From contig JBIOXB010000243.1 of NCBI GenBank assembly GCA_044869275.1, forward strand, positions 1-50,976: a stretch of 50,976 bases of DNA, given 5' to 3'. A model generated the notes under the pieces. That model did no database searches. It was not told the DNA's origin and was given only the letters and a program-made list of their open reading frames with translations. Every line of letters begins with the position of its first letter. Within the stretch, counting starts at the first letter, position 1. The stretch is from a bacterium. Lineage in GTDB: Bacteria; Zhuqueibacterota; Zhuqueibacteria; Zhuqueibacterales; Zhuqueibacteraceae. A program made the translations under genes and the position numbers. This document shows, one piece after another, positions 48,222 through 50,976 of this stretch.

Positions 48222-49688
48222 ATGTTGCGCACCCTCATCGAAAAAGAGCTCAAAGCCATTCTGCTCAGCCCGAAGTTCGCTGTCACGTTTGCCGCGTGCT
48301 CGGTGCTAATTCTTCTAAGCGTTTTCGTCGGGATACAAGAGTATCGCGCGGCGGCGCGGCAATATGAAAGCGCGACCCTGCTTGCCGAGCAGCAACTGCG
48401 TGAGGCGGCGAATTGGTTCGGCCTTTTCAACAGCGCCCATCGCCGGCCCGATCCCATGCAGATTTTCGTCTCCGGCGTGAACAATGACGTGGGCCGGCTT
48501 TCCCTCATCAGCAGTTTCCAAGGCGTCCGGCTGAGAAACAGCATTTATGCTGATGATCCTATTTTCGCCATGTTTCGTTTTATCGATCTGACTTTCATTT
48601 TCTCGGTGGTGTTGTCGCTGTTCGCGATTTTGTTCACCTACGATGCAGTCAACGGCGAACGCGAGAATGGCACGCTGCAACTGGCTTTTGCCAACTCCGT
48701 GCCGCGGCCGCAATATTTGCTCGGAAAGTTTTTTGGCGCCTGGCTGGGATTGGTGGTGCCATTGTTGATCCCCATTTTCCTCGGCGTGCTTTTGCTCATG
48801 CTTTTCCAAATCCCGTTGACCGCAACACATTGGGCAAAATTCGGAACATTGCTCGGTATTTCCCTGTTGTTCTTCACGTGCTTTGTCGCTTTGGGCCTGT
48901 TGATTTCGACGCTGACGAAACACTCCCCTGTTTCTTTTTTGATCGCGCTGGTCATGTGGGTGTTGTTGGTGTTGATTGTGCCGCGTGCGGCTGTGATGGC
49001 TGCGGGCCAAATCGTGCCCGTGCCTTCCGAGGCGGAAATCGAAGCGCAACAGGACGGTTACGAGCGTGACCAATGGCAAAAACTCACACAAGAACTGCAG
49101 GAAAGATGGCAAAAGCGCTCGGCGGCCACGGAGGGCATGACGCCGAGTGCACGTGAAGCTTATAACGACGAACACGAATGGGAATGGATGCAGGAGGAAG
49201 ACAAATATCGCAAAGCCGTGCAAAAGGACATCGAGGAGTATGGCCTCAAGCTGCGCGAGGAGCTGCGCAACCGCAAAATTCATCAGGAAGAACTCGCGTT
49301 TTCATTGTCGCGTTTTTCTCCGGCTTCAGCGTATCAACTGGCCGCGATGAATTTGGCCGGCACGGACATCGCAGTGAAAACACGCTACGAAGACGCCATG
49401 CAGCAATATCGCACGGCTTTCAATGCGGCGGTGGACAAGAAACGCGAAGCGGAGGGTGCCGGCGGCGGCGTGCAGATTCGCTGGAGCAGCGACAGCGGCA
49501 TGAAGATCAACATGGGCCGGGAAGGCGGCGCGCTGGAGGTCTCCGATCTGCCGCGCTTCACTGCGCCAGAAGTCTCTTTGGCCGAAGCTCTTGCGCCCAC
49601 GATTCTCGATTTCGGCTTGTTGGGGATTTATGCGATTTTGGCTTTTGCGGGTGCGTTTGTGGCATTTTTGAGATATGATGTGAGGTGA
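48222..49688 (+). CDS. ABC-2 type permease, paralogue of 46712..48127
   Basis: IEKELKA, YDAVNGERENGTLQL, C-terminal FLRYDVR. Confidence 0.9.
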   Translation: MLRTLIEKELKAILLSPKFAVTFAACSVLILLSVFVGIQEYRAAARQYESATLLAEQQLREAANWFGLFNSAHRRPDPMQIFVSGVNNDVGRLSLISSFQGVRLRNSIYADDPIFAMFRFIDLTFIFSVVLSLFAILFTYDAVNGERENGTLQLAFANSVPRPQYLLGKFFGAWLGLVVPLLIPIFLGVLLLMLFQIPLTATHWAKFGTLLGISLLFFTCFVALGLLISTLTKHSPVSFLIALVMWVLLVLIVPRAAVMAAGQIVPVPSEAEIEAQQDGYERDQWQKLTQELQERWQKRSAATEGMTPSAREAYNDEHEWEWMQEEDKYRKAVQKDIEEYGLKLREELRNRKIHQEELAFSLSRFSPASAYQLAAMNLAGTDIAVKTRYEDAMQQYRTAFNAAVDKKREAEGAGGGVQIRWSSDSGMKINMGREGGALEVSDLPRFTAPEVSLAEALAPTILDFGLLGIYAILAFAGAFVAFLRYDVR

Positions 49689-49861
49689 TCAGAACAAGGC
49701 ACAGTTTGTTTAATACCTCCTTTTAAATTCCGCCAGCCTGGTCCGGCATGCCTTGATTCGCCTTGGGCTCGCTCAACCTTCCAAGTTTGCATTTTCATCC
49801 CGCTGTTAGTACCTTCACAATACGGACAAACCGCAACCAAAAAGAGAAGCTTGTGATCAAA

Positions 49862-50976
49862 ATGAGATCACCTGGCGTGAAGCTTGGGTTGCTCGTGGCC
49901 TCCCAACTTATATTTGGCTCCTGCAACCCGACCGTTCCACACAAAAACCCACCCCGGGCCATAAATGGGGTACTGGACCTGACCGACTGGAACTTTGCCA
50001 AGGACGGGCCGGCTGACCTTTCTGGAGAGTACGAATTTTATTGGAAACAGCTTTTGGCGCCAGAAGACTTTTCCCATGCCTCAACACCGGAAAGAAGCGG
50101 CTTCATCCATGTGCCCGCCTCCTGGAAGGGGCAGAAACTGCATGGCGAGAGGTTGCCCGGCATTGGTTATGCGACTTACCGGTTGACAGTGCTTTTGAGC
50201 GATACTCTTTCCGGCAAGCTGGCTTTCAAGTTTTTGGACATGAGCACTGCTTACACCGTGTTTGCCCACGGTAAAAAGATCTTATCCGTCGGGGCGGTGG
50301 GCGCGACCGCTGCAACCAGTTCACCTCGATACACTCCGCAAATAACCGAACCCATGCCACCTTCCAGCCGCCTCGAGCTCATTTTTCAAGTATCAAACTT
50401 CCATCATGCTCGTGGCGGGGCATGGGAGATTATTCGCCTGGGCAACAAAACGCAACTCAACAAGATCAGGGCAAGAAAGCTGGACCTCGACTTGATTCTG
50501 TTCGGCAGCCTTCTGATCATGGGGCTGTATCATCTTGTGCTTTTTCGTCTTCGCAAAAGCGACACTTCATTACTGCTCTTCAGCTTTTTTTGCCTGCTCG
50601 TCGCGATTCGAGTTCTCACCACAGTGGAAAAGGCTCTGCTCGACACCTTCCCGGACATGAACTGGGAGGCGTTCGTCAAAGTCGAATATTTATCCATGTA
50701 TCTGGCTGTTCCGGTGTTTGGCCTGTTTATGCATCGCCTGGCACCGCACAATTTTCATAAGCCCGCCATTTCCCTTATGGCCGGTGTCGGGTTTCCTTTT
50801 GCTGCTCTCGTCGGTCTGACACCGGCAAGAATCTTTACGGATACTCTTTACGCCTTTCAACTCTTCATGTTATTGGCTGTGCTATACGGCTTGGTCATCC
50901 TCGTTCGGGGTACCATTGGTAAACAGAAGGAGAGCGCTTTTATTCTGGCTGGGTTCTTGTTTTTAGCGGCGACGGT
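49862..50976 (+). CDS. 7TM-DISM sensor protein (extracellular domain plus 7TM region), running off the window end
   Basis: Manual translation from ATG 49862: AINGVLDLTDWNF, LSGEYEFYW, GYATYRL, VSNFHHARGG, then TM helices. Absent from the ORF track because no stop lies in the window. Confidence 0.85.
   Translation, partial: MRSPGVKLGLLVASQLIFGSCNPTVPHKNPPRAINGVLDLTDWNFAKDGPADLSGEYEFYWKQLLAPEDFSHASTPERSGFIHVPASWKGQKLHGERLPGIGYATYRLTVLLSDTLSGKLAFKFLDMSTAYTVFAHGKKILSVGAVGATAATSSPRYTPQITEPMPPSSRLELIFQVSNFHHARGGAWEIIRLGNKTQLNKIRARKLDLDLILFGSLLIMGLYHLVLFRLRKSDTSLLLFSFFCLLVAIRVLTTVEKALLDTFPDMNWEAFVKVEYLSMYLAVPVFGLFMHRLAPHNFHKPAISLMAGVGFPFAALVGLTPARIFTDTLYAFQLFMLLAVLYGLVILVRGTIGKQKESAFILAGFLFLAAT

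Overview
Chromosomal window from a GC-rich Gram-negative bacterium. Gene families and style suggest the FCB superphylum (KSB1/Calditrichota-like); this is inference only. No rRNA, tRNA, CRISPR array or intact transposase was recognised. Contents, left to right: (1) a beta-propeller/Y_Y_Y sensor kinase with a NarL-type regulator; (2) three deletion-collapsed pseudogenes; (3) dedA, three different APC transporters and a K+-independent H+-pyrophosphatase; (4) a nine-gene operon behind a perfect sigma54 box (STAS-exbB-exbD-exbD-tonB-small membrane protein-PstS-like lipoprotein-TPR protein-PsbP-like lipoprotein) with no TonB-dependent receptor; (5) a decayed defence islet (Fic, AEP primase-helicase, type III R-M) shortened by serial internal deletions; (6) PuuA/PuuD-like genes; (7) a penicillin acylase and YhaM; (8) fliW-csrA without flagellar genes, behind a long GGA-rich leader; (9) an RprXY-like two-component system whose sensor carries a FlgD/T9SS-tail-like Ig insert, divergent across three phased (T/C)TAACA boxes from a PDZ protein-serine hydrolase-NEW3 protein-ABC operon; (10) a partial 7TM-DISM sensor. 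Eight intergenic inverted elements built from 7-, 8- or 9-nt units and two REP/MITE-like elements are scattered through the window.
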